Assembly: GCA_028534125.1 (NCBI GenBank)
Contig: CM052817.1
Coordinates: 105,712,001 to 105,776,000, forward strand
DNA: 64,000 nucleotides
Reading direction: 5' to 3'
Source: Lama glama
Taxonomy: Eukaryota
Numbering within the stretch: position 1 is the first letter of the stretch; each line of letters opens with the position of its first letter. The notes beneath the pieces were generated by a model, which searched no databases, was not told the origin of the DNA, and saw only the letters and a program-made list of their open reading frames with translations. This document shows, one piece after another, positions 42,013-56,497 of the stretch. A program made the position numbers and the translations under genes.

Positions 42013-44239
42013 CCTCTTACATTTTAACCTGTGAGCGTTCCGTCAGTCTTTTAACGCGCATTCCAATGTTTCCTTCTGTTTTTCCTTCCAGTGGTCTGCA
42101 TTATTTTGAAAGTGATGGGATACAGTAAAGGGCAGATAATGTGAGCTCAGTCAAGAAAAGAATTTAGTTTGTTTTCCTCTATCAATCTTGAGTCACTGTA
42201 TGTCTTCATATTCATGTTTAAAGCAAGATACCTATCCTTGTAAAGTGTCTATTTCTTTAGAATCCCTTCTCATGTGTTAAAGGAATGAATGTCGGAATGG
42301 AATACTAAAAGTAGACTCAAATCCTTTTCTTTCTACATCTTTACATTAACAGCCATACAAATATGGAGCCACTTTTTAAAAATTATTGTAATATTTAAAA
42401 TATTGATGTTTGTGATTCTTTAAAAAAGAAGGAAGTGTAATATTACTGTACAATATTTTCTAGAGTAGATATTTCTTTCTTCAATGATGGGAAAAAGAGT
42501 AAGAGATGGCATATGGGCTATCAACATTACTCTATACACATCTGATAAAAGTATGTTGCAAATAATGATTTCATCAGTATCTTGAGGATGTGTAAAAACT
42601 GAAAGTCAAGAAAAATTAGGATAAAATGATGAGGTCACTGCTCTAAAAAGCTCTAATATCAAAGAGTCAATTTTTAATAGGCAGAAGAAAGTAGTGAAGT
42701 GATAACAAAAACGTGTGAAATGATATTTTTTTACTGTAAAATTAGTGATAATTTTGTGATAGCCATGAAGGAATGAAATTAGAAAAGGGGCAGAACCAAG
42801 GGTGGAAATAAGATGTGGGGAGGTCCTTGAGCAAAACTGACTGGAAAAGGTAAATATGTATGTAAAGAAGATGATACTGATAATTCAGGAAAAATGGATT
42901 ATGATTGGATTTTGGAGGGAGGGAAGTGGAGAATGAACTTAAAGAGTTTGGATTTATTCCAGATAATAGGAACTCAACAATAATTTTTTTTAAAGGCAGT
43001 GACAACAGCACTTTTGAAATGTATTATTTGCCAATGGAATGGAGATATGACTGCAGGAAAGGGAAATTAGAGCAAGAGATGTCACTCAGTAGGCTACTGC
43101 AAAAAAAAACGTAAGTTTGTGGTCTTTAATACATGACAATTAAATGGCAAGTATGCATTATAAGACAGAGCGTGCTAAGAAACTATGTAACTTGAAATAA
43201 CAACTGAATAAATGTGGATGATAAAAAGAGACAAACACAACAGGTCTCAAATGTGACATCAGTGATAAAAAGAAGAAAACCAGCAAAGCAGCAGACTTAG
43301 GTGAGAAGAGGAGGATTTCGATAAAGGACAAATGAAATGAGAATCCTGGGCAATGGAACAGATTTCCAGAGATGTGTCATCATGTGGAGCAAACCAGTAC
43401 AATTCTCAGGTGTCGTTCCACCTCTTTTTAATGATGTAAAGTAGAAGCAACTTTTTTTTAAAGTGCAATTTTAGAAACCTCTCACCTTTATGCCTCCCAC
43501 TCAGAAGTTCTTCTCAGTGTTTTCCTTTAAAAAAATAAGTGAACTTGACTGGATTTCACATTAAGTATTTAAGATTTTACAGGATGAAACAATACATTTA
43601 ATCATCTCTGACAGCTTGTCATATTATGTAAATTTTTAAGTGAGAAAAAATTTAAGAAGAATATGGTTATCATACAAATTAGTACAACTTTAAAATGAGA
43701 TGAAAACGGACACCCCAATGTTACAACCTTAAGAACTCATTAGGGGCCACTTCTAACGCCACTTGTCGACACATCTACCATTTAGATTTATCCAAAATCT
43801 ATTTTCACTTTTACTCCAAACCCGCTCTAGCATCATATGCCTCTCCTTGGAAACCATGCACAGAAATATGATCTGAAAGTCATGCTATAGAAATTTGTAC
43901 CTGCAGTCTTGAGTCATGGTAACCTTCCCCGTGCCCCTAGATGGCTAAATCTTAACCAAAACATGTGAGCATGGTTTTGTTAGTTTGCATTTAACAAATG
44001 ATATACTCCATTAGTAACTGGAAAAGCACACAGGTCAACAGTAATATTCATCAACAAAATTTAATAATGAACTTGGACACAAGTCTCAAAACATTGAGAA
44101 TTTCATCGTTACTGAAGTCTTGTATAAAAGAACAATGGTTAGAACTTTGCTAATTCACCAACTGTAAGCTGCACGCTACTGTAAAATATTGTAAAATATA
44201 CTGTACAAAAAAGCCATCATATTCCACAGAGACAGGATG

Positions 44240-45900
44240 CCAGATATAAGATTCTTGACTGAAAGCTTTTTGGGCAGGTTTGTTGTTGTCATTGTTTTTA
44301 GCAATTTGAACATGTTATCCCATTAACTTTCAGCCTTCATTTTTTTTCTGATGAAAATGCGGATTCTCTAGGATTCTCATGTATGTGACATGCTGCTTTC
44401 AAAATCTATTTGTCTTTCAGTATCTTTACAATTATATATCTGGGTTTGGATTTCTTTTTGTTTCAACAACTTGGTCATTATCGAGCTTCTTTGATGTGTA
44501 GATTATTGCTTTTTATTATGTTTGCATGTGTTTGGCAATTAATCATTTTAAAATCACTTTTTTCCCTCTCTCTGTCCCTCTTCCTCTGCCATACTCATTT
44601 TGTGTATACTGTTATGATTAATAAATAGTATCACACGCTTCTCTGAAGCTTAGTGCATTCTTTTTATTCTTTGCCTCTCTTTTCTTTGGATTTCATGTCC
44701 CCATCTGTCTTCAGGTTGGTTGACTCTTTCATCTGCCAATTCTAATCTACCGTGCAACCACTCTAGCAAATTTTTATTTTCCTTTATTGAAATTCTCAAC
44801 TCCAGGATTTTTATTTGTTTAGTTCAAATCAATTCTAGCGTTTAATTTATATTTTGTACTTGATAAGGCATTATATCATCATATCTTCCTTTGCTCTTTA
44901 AGAATTATTTCCATTCTTTCTTTGACCCCACTTACGGTGGCCACTTTGAAGACTTTGCCTATAAATTCAATAACTGAATCACTGAGTGGGCAGTTTCTGG
45001 TGTATCCTTTTGTTTGAGACTCACTTTCCTGTTTCTATGGATGTACCATAGCTTTTTGTTGAAAACAGTCACATTTTAGATAACATATCAAGTCTAGCTA
45101 TCTGCTCTCCCGCCCTAGGCTAGCTGTTCTTGTTGTTCACTGTTTCATGTGTTTACTGACTTGGCTGGACAGACGCAGTAAAGTACAGACTGCCCACAGT
45201 GTGACGACCGAAGTCGATCCCCAGGGAGGGCAGCACTGGGCGTGTGCACAGTCACTCTGTGACGACGCTGTTTTAGCAGGCTTCGCGTTGACTGTTTCTT
45301 TGCCTGAGCTCTCTGTTGGGCTGTCTGTCTCTGTTGGCATTACACGGAGCTGTCAGGCTCCACTAATTCCCAGCTGAATCTGATATTGTTTCAACAATGC
45401 CCTGGGAGATGAGTTGCCCCAGTCCGCTCCACTTAAAGTGACTCCGGTGCAGGGATGGTTTTGAGGCCCGCCTTAGGGGTTTGTTATGGCCTGGTTTTCT
45501 GTCCTGCGTCTTTTTCTGGTTACCTCTGAAAAATTAGCTACCTGTGTTTTAGCTTGTTACTTATGTATAGCTACCAGCTTCGTCTTATTTGATTACCACC
45601 AAAATCTCTATTGTTTTTAAGAGAGCCCTCAGGTTTAAGTTTCTTCACACTCTGTACAAAAGTCAAGTCAGAATTTAATGAGAAGAGGTCTGCTTCCCTC
45701 TGTTGTTATGATCTGCCTCTCCCCCATTCTTACGTACGATCTGTGAAATACTGAGCCGCAGGTCTGGAGCTGGTGTTGAAAATAGTTGCTCCCCACTCCG
45801 GGAATGATCTTCCAGTTTTATGAGCTGGGTAGTGGGTGGGCAGTGGTAGACCTTTGTTCTTCTAGATCCTGGAACTTTCTTAAATTGTCTGCATGAAACT
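44240..45900 (-). mobile_element. Old L1 5'/ORF1-region fragment
   Basis: Motifs such as ttctgatgaaaa, tctgtcttcaggtt...ctctttcatctgcc, ctctagcaaatttttattt are shared with the L1 at 25600-26300. Boundaries approximate. Confidence 0.6.
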
Positions 45901-46380
45901 GCATGCTGTAGAGCCCCATTAGCTTTCTGATCACCTGATCATCACACCAGCACTTTTTTTTCACATCCATTCATCTCCAATCACCAGTGCCTTTCTTTTC
46001 CTTTGAAAGACCACTTCTGACAGTTTCCTCTACCTGGAGTGCTTATTCCCAGACAGTCTTAGGAATTGTCTTTCTTCAGAGGTCTGCTTGCCAGTGAGAT
46101 TTCCTCACTACCCTATTCAAAATTTGACATCATCTTCCAGGATGTGCCTAGTCCATCACTTTTGCTGATTCTCGTGTCCATAACTAAATTGGCATCTAAC
46201 GTTCTATATAATTTACCGTCTGTTTGTTATCTCTATAAACCCATCCAACACATACACGTTATGCAACCAAATGGAAGCAGGGATTTTTGCCTGCTTTCTT
46301 TATACCACATCCAGAAAAGGGCTTGGTACGTGGTAGGCACGTATTAGACGGTAAATAAAAATGTGGGAGATGACTGAATT
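45900..46380 (+). mobile_element. L2 3' fragment
   Basis: tttcctctacctggagtgctt...ggaagcagggatttttgcctg...ggcttggtacgtggtaggcac...taaata. Confidence 0.65.
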
Positions 46381-47879
46381 GCTATTTTAACTAGATTCAA
46401 GTTTTTCAACTCCATAGAACGTATGTTTAACTGAGAATTTCAAATCATTATGGCAAAAATGTATGCCTTGAATGTTATTCACATATGATAATTGAAAGTA
46501 GCATAATTCAGGCAGGTGATTCCTATTTAAAACCCTCTAATTCTCAAAAGTATTAGAGTTAATTGACATAATGAACATTTGGATAGATGATGTCTTTTTT
46601 AAATATTTGCCATCTCAAATTAAATGTAATTGCTTGTGTAAGCATGATGTTTGTTATGGTAAAGATTAATCCCTTTCATATATAATTAAACTCTAAATTA
46701 ATATACATTATACTTTAGCTATTTGTAGAAGCAGATTGTCTTTTTTTATATTAGTCTTGTTGCAACAAGCATATTTATATGAAATAAATAAAAGATGTAG
46801 ATTTAGTCTCAGAAAAATATCAGTATATTTGGGGCTAATTTGTATTTATGTTTTAAGATGAATTCATCAAATCAAAAGTATATCACTCATTGTTGAAAGT
46901 AACTACAATTTTATTAAAATTTCTATTAACTGTTTGATGCATTTATCCTTCTCCCAAATTCCAACATGATATAAATTACCTTTGATTTATCTTCCTCTTA
47001 CGTATTGTGCATAAAACTTTTCACTGTGTTAGCCAACTATATTCACTCTCCCCTTCCATTATTAAGTTTCTATTTTTTCTAATAATAGTTATCATTATTT
47101 TTACTGAGTACAACCATCCAAGAAATTCATACTGTTTAAAAAAATTATAATAGAAAAATAAATAAATGTATTTATTATACTTGAAGTGCTAGGCATGTTA
47201 TTTAGAAATCGTATTTTTGAATTCTTTCTGAAAATTTCCAGGCTGAATTTTTTCTCTTTAAAGTAGTTACCACTTTTAAATCCCTTTAGAACTTTTTCCA
47301 ATAAACCCATTATTATTATAAATTCTTTTAATTTGTTAAAAAAAAAGTCAAGATATGTGTACTAGTCCATGTGTAGGTCAAATACACATAGCACAGAGGT
47401 TTGTGGGTAAAGTTATGTTATGGGAAGTGTGTAGAATTCAGCTATTTAGTAAGATACGGGGTGCAGTCACCTGTAGACCTTAAGATAACCACGTTCACAT
47501 TTCAGAGCTTAATATTATTATAAAACATATTAAATAAGCATTATTTAATAAGAGGATAGGTGTTCATTTGATTCACAGAAGATCTGAGTTGCATTATAAG
47601 GTGGCTCACCACTAAGTTTGTGTTAAGCCTGTCAGTCTAGTGGTGTTGGAAGAAGCTTGAGTAAGTGAGTAAGTGAGTATGTACTCTAATGATTTCAGAG
47701 TACATACGTATCATATTCGGCTAGAAAACTTTCTTTAATTGAAAGGTAGCTTCTGGTTTATGACTGACAGTGAGCAGTGACTAAACTCTTTATCATGTTG
47801 GACAAAATATCATGTATGACTTACATTATACATTATGAAATGGGTAGTCCCTGATGTATTGAACAAAAGCACTGGATGT

Positions 47880-49950
47880 CCACAGCTGTCCAGTCATAGG
47901 GCAGAGAATCTACACTAGTCTAGACTAGCTGAAAATACTGGAGCCTTGTTCGAATTTGCCTCAACTCATTTGCAATTTGGAGTTTCTGGCAAGGAGAGAG
48001 AATTCAAGAACACTTGCCTGGTGTCACCCAGAGAAAGGTGGGTACCATCCCCACCCCCAGTTTCAGAGCAGTAACCAGATATTTAGCACAGGAGGAGAAG
48101 GAGGCCATGAGAACAGATAGCTTCAAAATTACCCACAAAAGAACTGACTTTATTTGAAATAGAGAGTGAAGAAATCGGGGTCAAAGAGCACTCTTAAAAA
48201 CAATAAAGATTTTTTACTGTAAACAATTAAGTGAAGGCTAGGAGCTCCACATACAATTAACAAAGTAAACTGTAGGCCAGCAAGTTTACTAGAGAGAACC
48301 AGAGAAAGAAACAGCTAAGAAGAGTCTGCTGGAGTTCAGAATAAACCACAAAGATGAGCATCAAAAACTACCTCTACAAAATATCCTGAATTTAATTTGA
48401 GCAACTATTGAACAAGTTGACCCCAAGGTTTATTGCAGCAATAGTGTGTTCAGCCAGCAACCAATGGAGTCTAATAGCTTAGTGTGATAGAACAGAGACA
48501 GACAGATTAACACAGAGATCCGGCAAAGAAAGTGTCAAACAGAGCCCTGCTAAAACCAATGTTATTCCAGGATGAGTGTGGAAATTCTTAAGGCCACACC
48601 CTCTGTGTAGAGGAATCAAAGGCTTCAAACTGTATGGGGGGACTGTATTTCACTCTAACAGTCTAGTAAATTCACTAAACAAATAAGCAACCAAACAAGA
48701 AGTTCTACTGGGGGTATGTGGACTTGCTACAATATATTACCTAAAATATCTTGTTTTAAAAAACAACAAAAAACTGTACATACAAAAAAAAAAAAAAAAG
48801 AAAATGTGACTCATAAAAAAGGAGGAACAAGCAAGCAACAGAAACTGCTTTTGAGTGACCCCAACTGTTGCGCTGAACAGGCAAAGAGTTCAAAGCAGCC
48901 ATTATAAACACTTAAAAAAAAAGAATGGAAACTCTGCTTAAAAAAAAAGAAGCAAAGGAAAGATAATAACAATGTCCTATCAAAGAGAGAATATCAATAA
49001 AGAAATAGAAATTTTAAAAAAATGCTGGATTTCTGGAGTGGAAAAATACAGCAACTGAAAAAACATCACTGCTGGGGTTCAAGAGTAGATCTGAATTAAC
49101 AGAAAGTACCATCATTGAACTTGAAAGTGGATTCACAATGATTATGCAATGTGCAGACAGAGACAAAAGAGAATAAAGACAAATGAATAAAGTCTAAGGT
49201 AAACGTGGAACATCACTAACCACATCAAAATAGATATCATGGGATTAACAGAAGAAAAAAAATTGAGGAAATAAGAGCTGAAAATCCCCAAGTTTGATGG
49301 AAAACATTAACCTACATATCTAAGAAGGTCCATTAACACAAATAATTCAAATGCAAAAATATCCACATGCAGGCATGTCATGGTAAAAGTGTTGGAAACA
49401 GTAACAAAGAGAAATACTTCAAAACAACATGAGGAAAACCGTATGTCATTTATAGGAACACCAGGAAGATTATAGTGATGCATTACGACAAACAACGGAG
49501 GCCAGAGGACAATATGACGGTCCGAAATGCTGAAAGAAAATAACTGACAACAAGGAATTTTATATCCAGCAAAACTATATTACAGAATATAGTACAGAGA
49601 AAATGAAACATTCTCAGGTAAACATAACAGGGAATTTATTACTTGAAGAACTAACTTAAAAGAAGTTCTGAAGGAAGTTTTTCAGAATAAAATCATAAGT
49701 CCCCAAACCATAATTTGAATCTACAAGAAAACATTGACAGCACAATAATAGTTATTATATAATTATTAAAGGTGCTATAAATGCATATATGGTCCCTTTT
49801 CTCTTAACTGATTCACAAATGAATTTTTATCAGACAGTATGCTGTAGTTATAGTGTTGGTTCTATAACATAGAACTATAATACGTTTGGCAATGGGAAAA
49901 AAAGGTATAAATCTGCATTGGAATATGGAGATTAAATCAACCAGTAACTT
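47880..49950 (+). mobile_element. Old L1 5'/ORF1-region fragment
   Basis: A-rich, with ORF1-like motifs (gagaatatcaataaagaaatagaaatt, gctgaaaatccccaagtttgatg, attttatatccagcaaaactat). Confidence 0.7.
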
Positions 49951-49959
49951 GAATCCACT

Positions 49960-50835
49960 GAAGCAACTATAATTGGAAAGGAAGAAGTAAAACTATTGCT
50001 ATTTGCATGTGATATGATATATAGAGAAAATCTTGAAGACTTCACAAAAAAAAATGTTAGACCTAATAAAGGAATTCAAATGTTGAAGGATACAAAATCA
50101 ATATACAAAATCTGTTGCATTTCAATATGCTAATGACAAACTATTGGAAAGAGAAATTAAGAAAATCTGAATTACAATTGCATCAAAAAGAAAACAAGAC
50201 CTAGGAATACATTTAACCAAGGAGGTAAAAGACCTGAATGTAAAATGTTGCCGATACTTTGTAAAATGGTCTGAAAATTCCTTGAAATATTAATACAGAA
50301 TTATCAAATGACTTGAGGATTCCACTTCTAGGTATATACCCAGAAGACCTGAAAACATAAGTCTACACGAGATCATGTACACAATTGTCCATAGCAGCAT
50401 TATTCTTGATAGCCAAAAGGTGGAAACATTCAAATGCCTAACACCTTGTGACTGAACAATTATAAAACAGGATATGCAAGTAATTAAATATCATTCATAA
50501 AACAATGGATAATTACATGCTTCAACATGGATGAACCTTGAAAACATTATGCTAATTGAATTAAGCCAGTCTAAAAGCCTGTATCTTCAATAATTACAAG
50601 ACACCAAGTTTCCAAAATACAAATCTATGGAGACACAAGTATATCAGTGACTGGGGGACAACTGGGCGGACTGGCTGCTAATGAGCACTGATTTCTTTTT
50701 AGGGTAAGGAAACTGCTCTGCAATTGATTATGGCAACAGCTCTCCATTCATATATGAAAACTACTGAATTGTACACTTAATGGCTATACTTCATGGCATT
50801 TGAATTTTATCTCAATAAAGCTGTTCTATAAAAAA
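49960..50835 (+). mobile_element. Old L1 ORF2 fragment and L1MB-like 3' end
   Basis: gatacaaaatcaatatacaaaa...attccacttctaggtatatacccag...catggatgaaccttgaaaacattatgcta...tatctcaataaagctgtt. Confidence 0.8.
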
Positions 50836-50859
50836 AATGAAAGTTGATGGAGATGAAAA

Positions 50860-53265
50860 TATTCAGATGACATAAGTTCTATGTAGAAAATTCCAGAGAA
50901 TCTACAAAAAATCTTCCATGACTAGTAAGTGATTTCAGTATGTCATAAGATACAAAATCAGTACACACAAATCAATTTCATTTCTATGTATTTACAATGA
51001 ACTAGTGGAGACTGATATTAAAGATGTAACACCGTTTACAATTTCCGCAGAGAAAATAAAATATTATGTATATATCTAACAACACTTGTTACAGAATCTA
51101 TATGAAGAAAACAAAATTTTGAAGGAAAAAATCAAAGAAGTCATAAATACTAGAAGAGGCACGTTATGTTCATTGATTGGAAAACAGCATAGTAAATGCA
51201 TCAGTTTTTCTTAAATTGATCTTAAACTGAGCACACTCACTGCAGTGTGCTCACCGTCAAAAAATCATTTTTTAAAATTTTAGATACAGAAAAACATACT
51301 CTAAAAATTTTACGGCAATTCCCTAGAATAGACCGAGAAAAAAAAAAATGAAAGAAGAATCAAGTCAGAAGAACATCCTGCTCAGCATGAAGACTCATTC
51401 TATGTCTAGAATAATCAAGACAGTGTGATGCTGTTGGAGAGAAAAATTTAGATCAATGCAAGAGAACAGAGAAACTAAAATTAATTTTGCCAAAGGAGCA
51501 GAGCAATAGAATTTAAGAGGATAACTTTTTCAACAAGTGGTGTTGGAGCAATTGGACAACCAGAGACAAAAATGAACCTTGACCTAGAACTGTCATCTTA
51601 TGCAAAATTAACTCAAAATGGATAATGGATCAAATATAGAAGTCTGAGACTTGACACCAAAAGCAAGATCCATAAAAGAAAAAATAGGTCAACTGAAACT
51701 ATCAAAATTAAAACTTTTCTTTATAAAAAAATAAGATAAAAAAGCGAACTACAGACTGGAAGAAAACGTTTGCAAATCCTACATCTGACAGAGGACTCAT
51801 ATGTAGAATAAAAAATTCTTAAAACTCAGTATTTAATAAAACAATACAATTTGAAAACAAGCAAAAGACATGAATAGACATTTCACCAAAAAGACTATGC
51901 AAATGACAAACAAGCATGTGGAAAGATCTTCAACGTCAGTAGCCTTTAGAAAAATATAAATTAAAATCAAACTAAGATCTCACTACACAGCTATCAGAAT
52001 GTAACAAAAAAGAACAAATCTGACTCCATATTAGATCTGTTTCTTTGACTTTAAACCTGTGCCCTGTTTTCTAAGGTTAGTCTTGCTGGTTCTAAGCCTT
52101 TTGTAAAAGAATGTTGCCTAGAGCCTGAAATATGCAGGGCAGCCTATTCTCAAGGCTCTGACCTTTAAGGTTATTAACACTTTCGCACTTACATAAAGAG
52201 AACAAGCTGCAGAATAGAAAATGTTATTAATTTTGTTAGAGGTTCTGCAGAGGCACCATGACCTGACCCACATGGACAGCTATAAGAACAAAGAATTCCT
52301 ACACCAAGAAGTTTGCAACGATCAACCACACCCCCTCCCCTTTTTAGTATAAAGACATTGAATTCTCAGTTGAGTAAGATGGTTCTCCAAGACATAAATC
52401 TGCCATCTTCTCAGTCTGCGGGCTTTCTGAATAAAGTCACTATTCCTTGCCCCAGTACCTTGTCTGCCAGTTTATTGGCCTGTCATGCGGTGAGCAGAAT
52501 GAGTTTGGACTCAGTAACAAGAATGGCTAAATTAAAAGAAAAATGATAAACCCAAAATTGATTTGTCATTATCCAATGACTCGTACATTTCTGGTTTGAA
52601 TGTGAAATGGTACAGTAAATCAGGAAAAGGAATTTGACAGCTTATTTTACTTAGCTTTTTAATTTTTTTTAATTGAAGCATAGTTGTTTTACAATGTTGT
52701 GTTAGTTTCTGAAGTTTCATTTTAAAACTAAAAATGATCTTAACAAGCTACCCAGGAATTGTACTCTTGGGCATTTATCGAAAAGAACTGAAAGCCTTTC
52801 CCATGCATAAAACTGTACATGAAAGTTTATAGCAGCTTTATGTGTAACTGCCAAAAACTAGAAACTTTTTAAATGTTCTTCAATGGATGACTGATTTAAC
52901 AAATAGTAGAACCTTTATATCATGGAATATTCCTCAGCAATAAGAAGAATCAAACTACTGATACACACAACTTGGATGGCATTCAAGAAGATTAAGCTGG
53001 GTGAAAAAAAACAACAATCTTGAACACATAGTGCATGGTTTCATTTATATAACATTTGTTAAATAACATAATTGTAGAGATGAGGATGAATGTTGATGGC
53101 CTCAGTAGAGGGTAGGAAGGAAATGGATGTGGTTGTAATACAAGAGAATCTTGTGATGGTACAGTTAAGCATCCTTTTTGATATTGTGTGATCACCTATA
53201 AGATGTATGACCTTAGTGTACATATTTTTCTGACTTCTGGTGAATCTATAATGATTTCAAAATAG
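50860..53265 (+). mobile_element. Old L1 (L1MC/MD-like) ORF2 3' half and 3' UTR, interrupted by a solo LTR (52000-52519) and a short antisense L1 tail (about 52656-52711)
   Basis: ORF2 motifs (ttcaacaagtggtgttggagcaattggac, gacatgaatagacatttcaccaaa); the sequence reads ctatcagaa|tggctaaattaaaa once the LTR is removed. Confidence 0.85.
52000..52519 (+). mobile_element. Solo ERV1-class LTR (520 bp)
   Basis: TGTAACA...GTAACA termini, perfect 4-bp TSD agaa, TATAAA at 52348, AATAAA at 52430. Confidence 0.92.
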
Positions 53266-53579
53266 GTATTCTTAAAATTCATATTTTTATTGGAATTGAG
53301 TACTACTAATGTCAATGTTGATGGATGTGTTAAATAAACTATATATTTGCTGGTTATGGAAGCCTTGGTTAATACCCCAGCTCTGGGGATTCTTATTTTG
53401 TGATGCCACCCTGGGGGAGAAGATCACTATGAAGTGTCACTATGTTCCCAGAGGAACAGAAACAAAAGCAAGAAGTTGCTATGATATTTACACTGTTTTA
53501 AGCCATATTTTTTAAATGTGAAATTCTGTATCACAGTCAAATATTTAACACATTTGGAGAAACTTGTAGAAATACTTAA

Positions 53580-53748
53580 TTTAATATGAGGATGCAGCCA
53601 TTAGCAAACCACTGGACACTTGAAATGTAGCTAGCATGACTGAGGAACAGAATTTTTAAATTTAATTAAACTTTTATTTAATTCAATTAATTTAAATATC
53701 AGTTTCAACAACATGTGGCTTGTGTCTATAACATTACAGAAACAGTCC
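53580..53748 (+). mobile_element. MER3-like (hAT-Charlie) DNA-transposon fragment
   Basis: cacttgaaatgtagctagcatgactgaggaacagaatttttaaattt...acatgtggcttgtg. Confidence 0.75.
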
Positions 53749-53787
53749 TTCAAAGTTCTAGTCTGAAAATCGTTAACTTAGTAGAAA

Positions 53788-54254
53788 TGATACTGACCTG
53801 GGTTCTTGAACTCCTTAATCAAAAGCAATCAGTAGAAATTCAAGCAAAGCTTTATTGGGACTTGTGCTGCAGCACTGGACAGCAAAAAAAAAAAAAAAAA
53901 AAAAGAGGTAACAGCTTCCCTTGTTCGCTCCCTGAGAGGGGGTGAGCTGGTCCCTTAAATGGGGTAAGGGTAGAGGTGGGCCCCGGGGTTAGACTGGAGG
54001 GGTGGCTTGGGTGGTCTGCCCGCCTCCTTGGTGAGCCTGCATGCAGAGCAGTACCCTGAATTTGCCTGTGACACATCAGAAATGGCAGTTGGGTTTTTGG
54101 TCTTTTTGTATTTTGCTGTTTATAATGTGCCCCAGCTGCACGTTCACACAGTTATTTTTTAGTTCCTTACAGTTACTTTGTATTTTGTCGGATGTTTGTC
54201 CAGGTGGAAAAACTACAGTATAGAGTCCCAGGTTCCAGGTCCCAGCCTGTCTCA
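53788..54254 (-). mobile_element. Solo ERV LTR of a different family (467 bp)
   Basis: TGA...TCA termini, flanks gaaa/aaaa, AATAAA on the minus strand (ctttattg near 53850), GC-rich core. Confidence 0.7.
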
Positions 54255-55975
54255 AAAACAAACCTTTTGATAAAGCACGCAGGCTGCATGGCTTCTAATT
54301 TATAGTCTTATTCCTACCGCTTTTTATCAGTGTAATCTTTATTAGCCCATAATCACTTTGGAATGGTTTACTTATCTTTAAAATGAAACAATTAGAGCAT
54401 TTTCAGGTCCTATGTTTCTATATATGATCTCGCCTCCCACTGTTACTGTTTTATTTAAGATATTTCTGTCTCCCTGCACCGCCTCGTGCACCATTCTCCT
54501 AGTCTCGGTTGGTTCATCCAGATAATACTTTTCTACACAGATCAAATTAAAGCCCAGGGGACTAGAGAACCAGGCTCCCTCGTGGTGTGGAAGCTGAGCT
54601 CTGTTAGAAGTGCTGCTTTTCTACCAATTCAAGGAATCACAGGGGTGTGAATGCACTTTCTCTCAGGAGCCTCCCTGTTCTGAGAGAGGCTGACAGGCAG
54701 TGGGTGGCAGCCAGCTGTCAGACAAGACAGATTTGCGATGCATTCCTCAAAGTGATGGGACTATAGAAAGGAAGACATTAAAAAATCAAGTTAGTGTCAA
54801 TGCTACGTTTCTTCCCAGCTAGAGGAGGCATTGCTTAGCATTACCCGTTTTGCAGGCGATTTCAAGAAGTAACAACACTGCCTCCTCTGCTTGCAGATAT
54901 TAGAACGGCCTTTATTTGATTGGGCAGGATGTCTGCTTTACTGAGAAAATTTATTGGGATTTAGTTCAATTAAATTAAAGGTGGGATCTCTAAATCAGAT
55001 ACTGTGCACCATCAGGAAACAAAGATGAATGAGATACTACTGTTGTCTATAAGAAGTTTCCAATTCAGTGAGAACTTAACAATCAAGTTAGCTGTTTGGC
55101 AACTTTCTTTTTTTTTTTTTTGTCAATTCAATTTTGCATCTATGCCTTGCAGCACGGCTAGCTTGGGGACCAGCCAAGAAGGTGGTCCATGAGTGTGATG
55201 TTACTGTGTTTTAGACAGCAACATAGCTCCCCACCAGCTGGTAAGTATTCACTTTAGGAATAAATGGGCATAGCATATATTAGCAACTTGACATTTATAG
55301 AAGAAGAGTTCTGTGTGTCCACAGCTACCCTGATCTTCTAATCTTCACATTCTCTCCTTTATTTTTTCTGGGCTACTTTTAGTCTTTGGTTCACCCATTT
55401 ACGAAGTATTTAGTAAGTGCCAACTATTGGCAGGCTCTGCTCTGGGTCCTGCTTGTACAGGAACAAAACTAGCAAAGACTCTGCTTGAAAGGGGCTTACT
55501 TTCTAGTAGGGGGAGAAGCTGGAAGCTGGGAGGACAAATTTCTCTTCCTCTCCTAACTCTTTGACTCCTTGAACCTGAACTCTCTCCTATTTTTGGTTTT
55601 GAAAGCTGTGTTTTGGCCAATTCCCATGACTGTTTTCTGTGCTTTGTTATTTAGCCCTGCCCGGGTGCTTCTATCAGCCCTCCTTTTGAATCACCACTGT
55701 TCTCAATCACACCATTCAGGACTTTCTGGGGAAAAATAAGTAAGTCACATGTACACAAAGTTAACTGATGCTAAAACAGGGAGGCATGAAGTCTCATGGA
55801 GCTAGCCTGGGAACTTTCACCCATAGTTATCAAGGCCTTTTTTTGTCAAGTTTAGCAAGCTGCCCTCAATGCAAGTTAAAGTCACCAAGCAACTTCTAAC
55901 TTAAAGTCACTAACGAATATACAACTTTTTACCCTATACTGAATTTTTACAAATCGCAGCACACATGAGTCATTA

Positions 55976-56497
55976 TGTTACCAAGTCCAAACTCATTCTG
56001 CTTGCCGCAACACAGGCCAGTCAATCAGGAGACAAAGTGTTGAGTCGAGGAATAGCCACTTCATTTGGAAAGCCAGCAGACCAAGAAGATGGCAGACTAA
56101 TGTTCCGGAGAACCATCTTCCCCAAGTCAGAGTTCGGGCTCATTTCATCCTAAAAAGGGGAGAGGGTATTCTTGGTTGTTGCAAACCTCTTGGTGTAGGA
56201 ATTCTTTGTTCTTGCAGCTGTCCACGTGGGTCAGGTCATGGTGTCCCTGTAAAACTTCTAACAAAACAAACATTATTTTCTATCCTGCAACTTGCCGTCT
56301 CTACATAAGTGCAGAAGTGTTAACATCCTTAAAGATCAGAGCCTTGGGAATAGGCTCTCCTGCATATTTCAGGCTCCAGGCAACATTCTTTTACAAAACG
56401 TGCAGAGCCAGCAAGACTAAGCCTAGGAAACAGGGCGCAGGGTTAAAGCCAAAGAAACAGATTTAATATGGAGTCAGATTTGTTCTTTTGTATTGTA
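55976..56497 (-). mobile_element. Solo ERV1-class LTR, same family as 52000-52519, inverted
   Basis: Reverse complement aligns end to end with the 52000 copy (aagaacaaatctgactccatatt...catgacctgaccca.gtggacagct...gagtttggact.gtaaca); 4-bp TSD atta. Confidence 0.9.

Larger units (their letters stand above)
40175..42030 (+). other. FSTL5: FSTL5 3' UTR (distal end uncertain)
   Basis: Follows the stop codon, is largely free of recognisable repeats, and has AATAAA at 40301, 40433, 40565 and 42007. The true cleavage site cannot be read from DNA. Confidence 0.55.
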
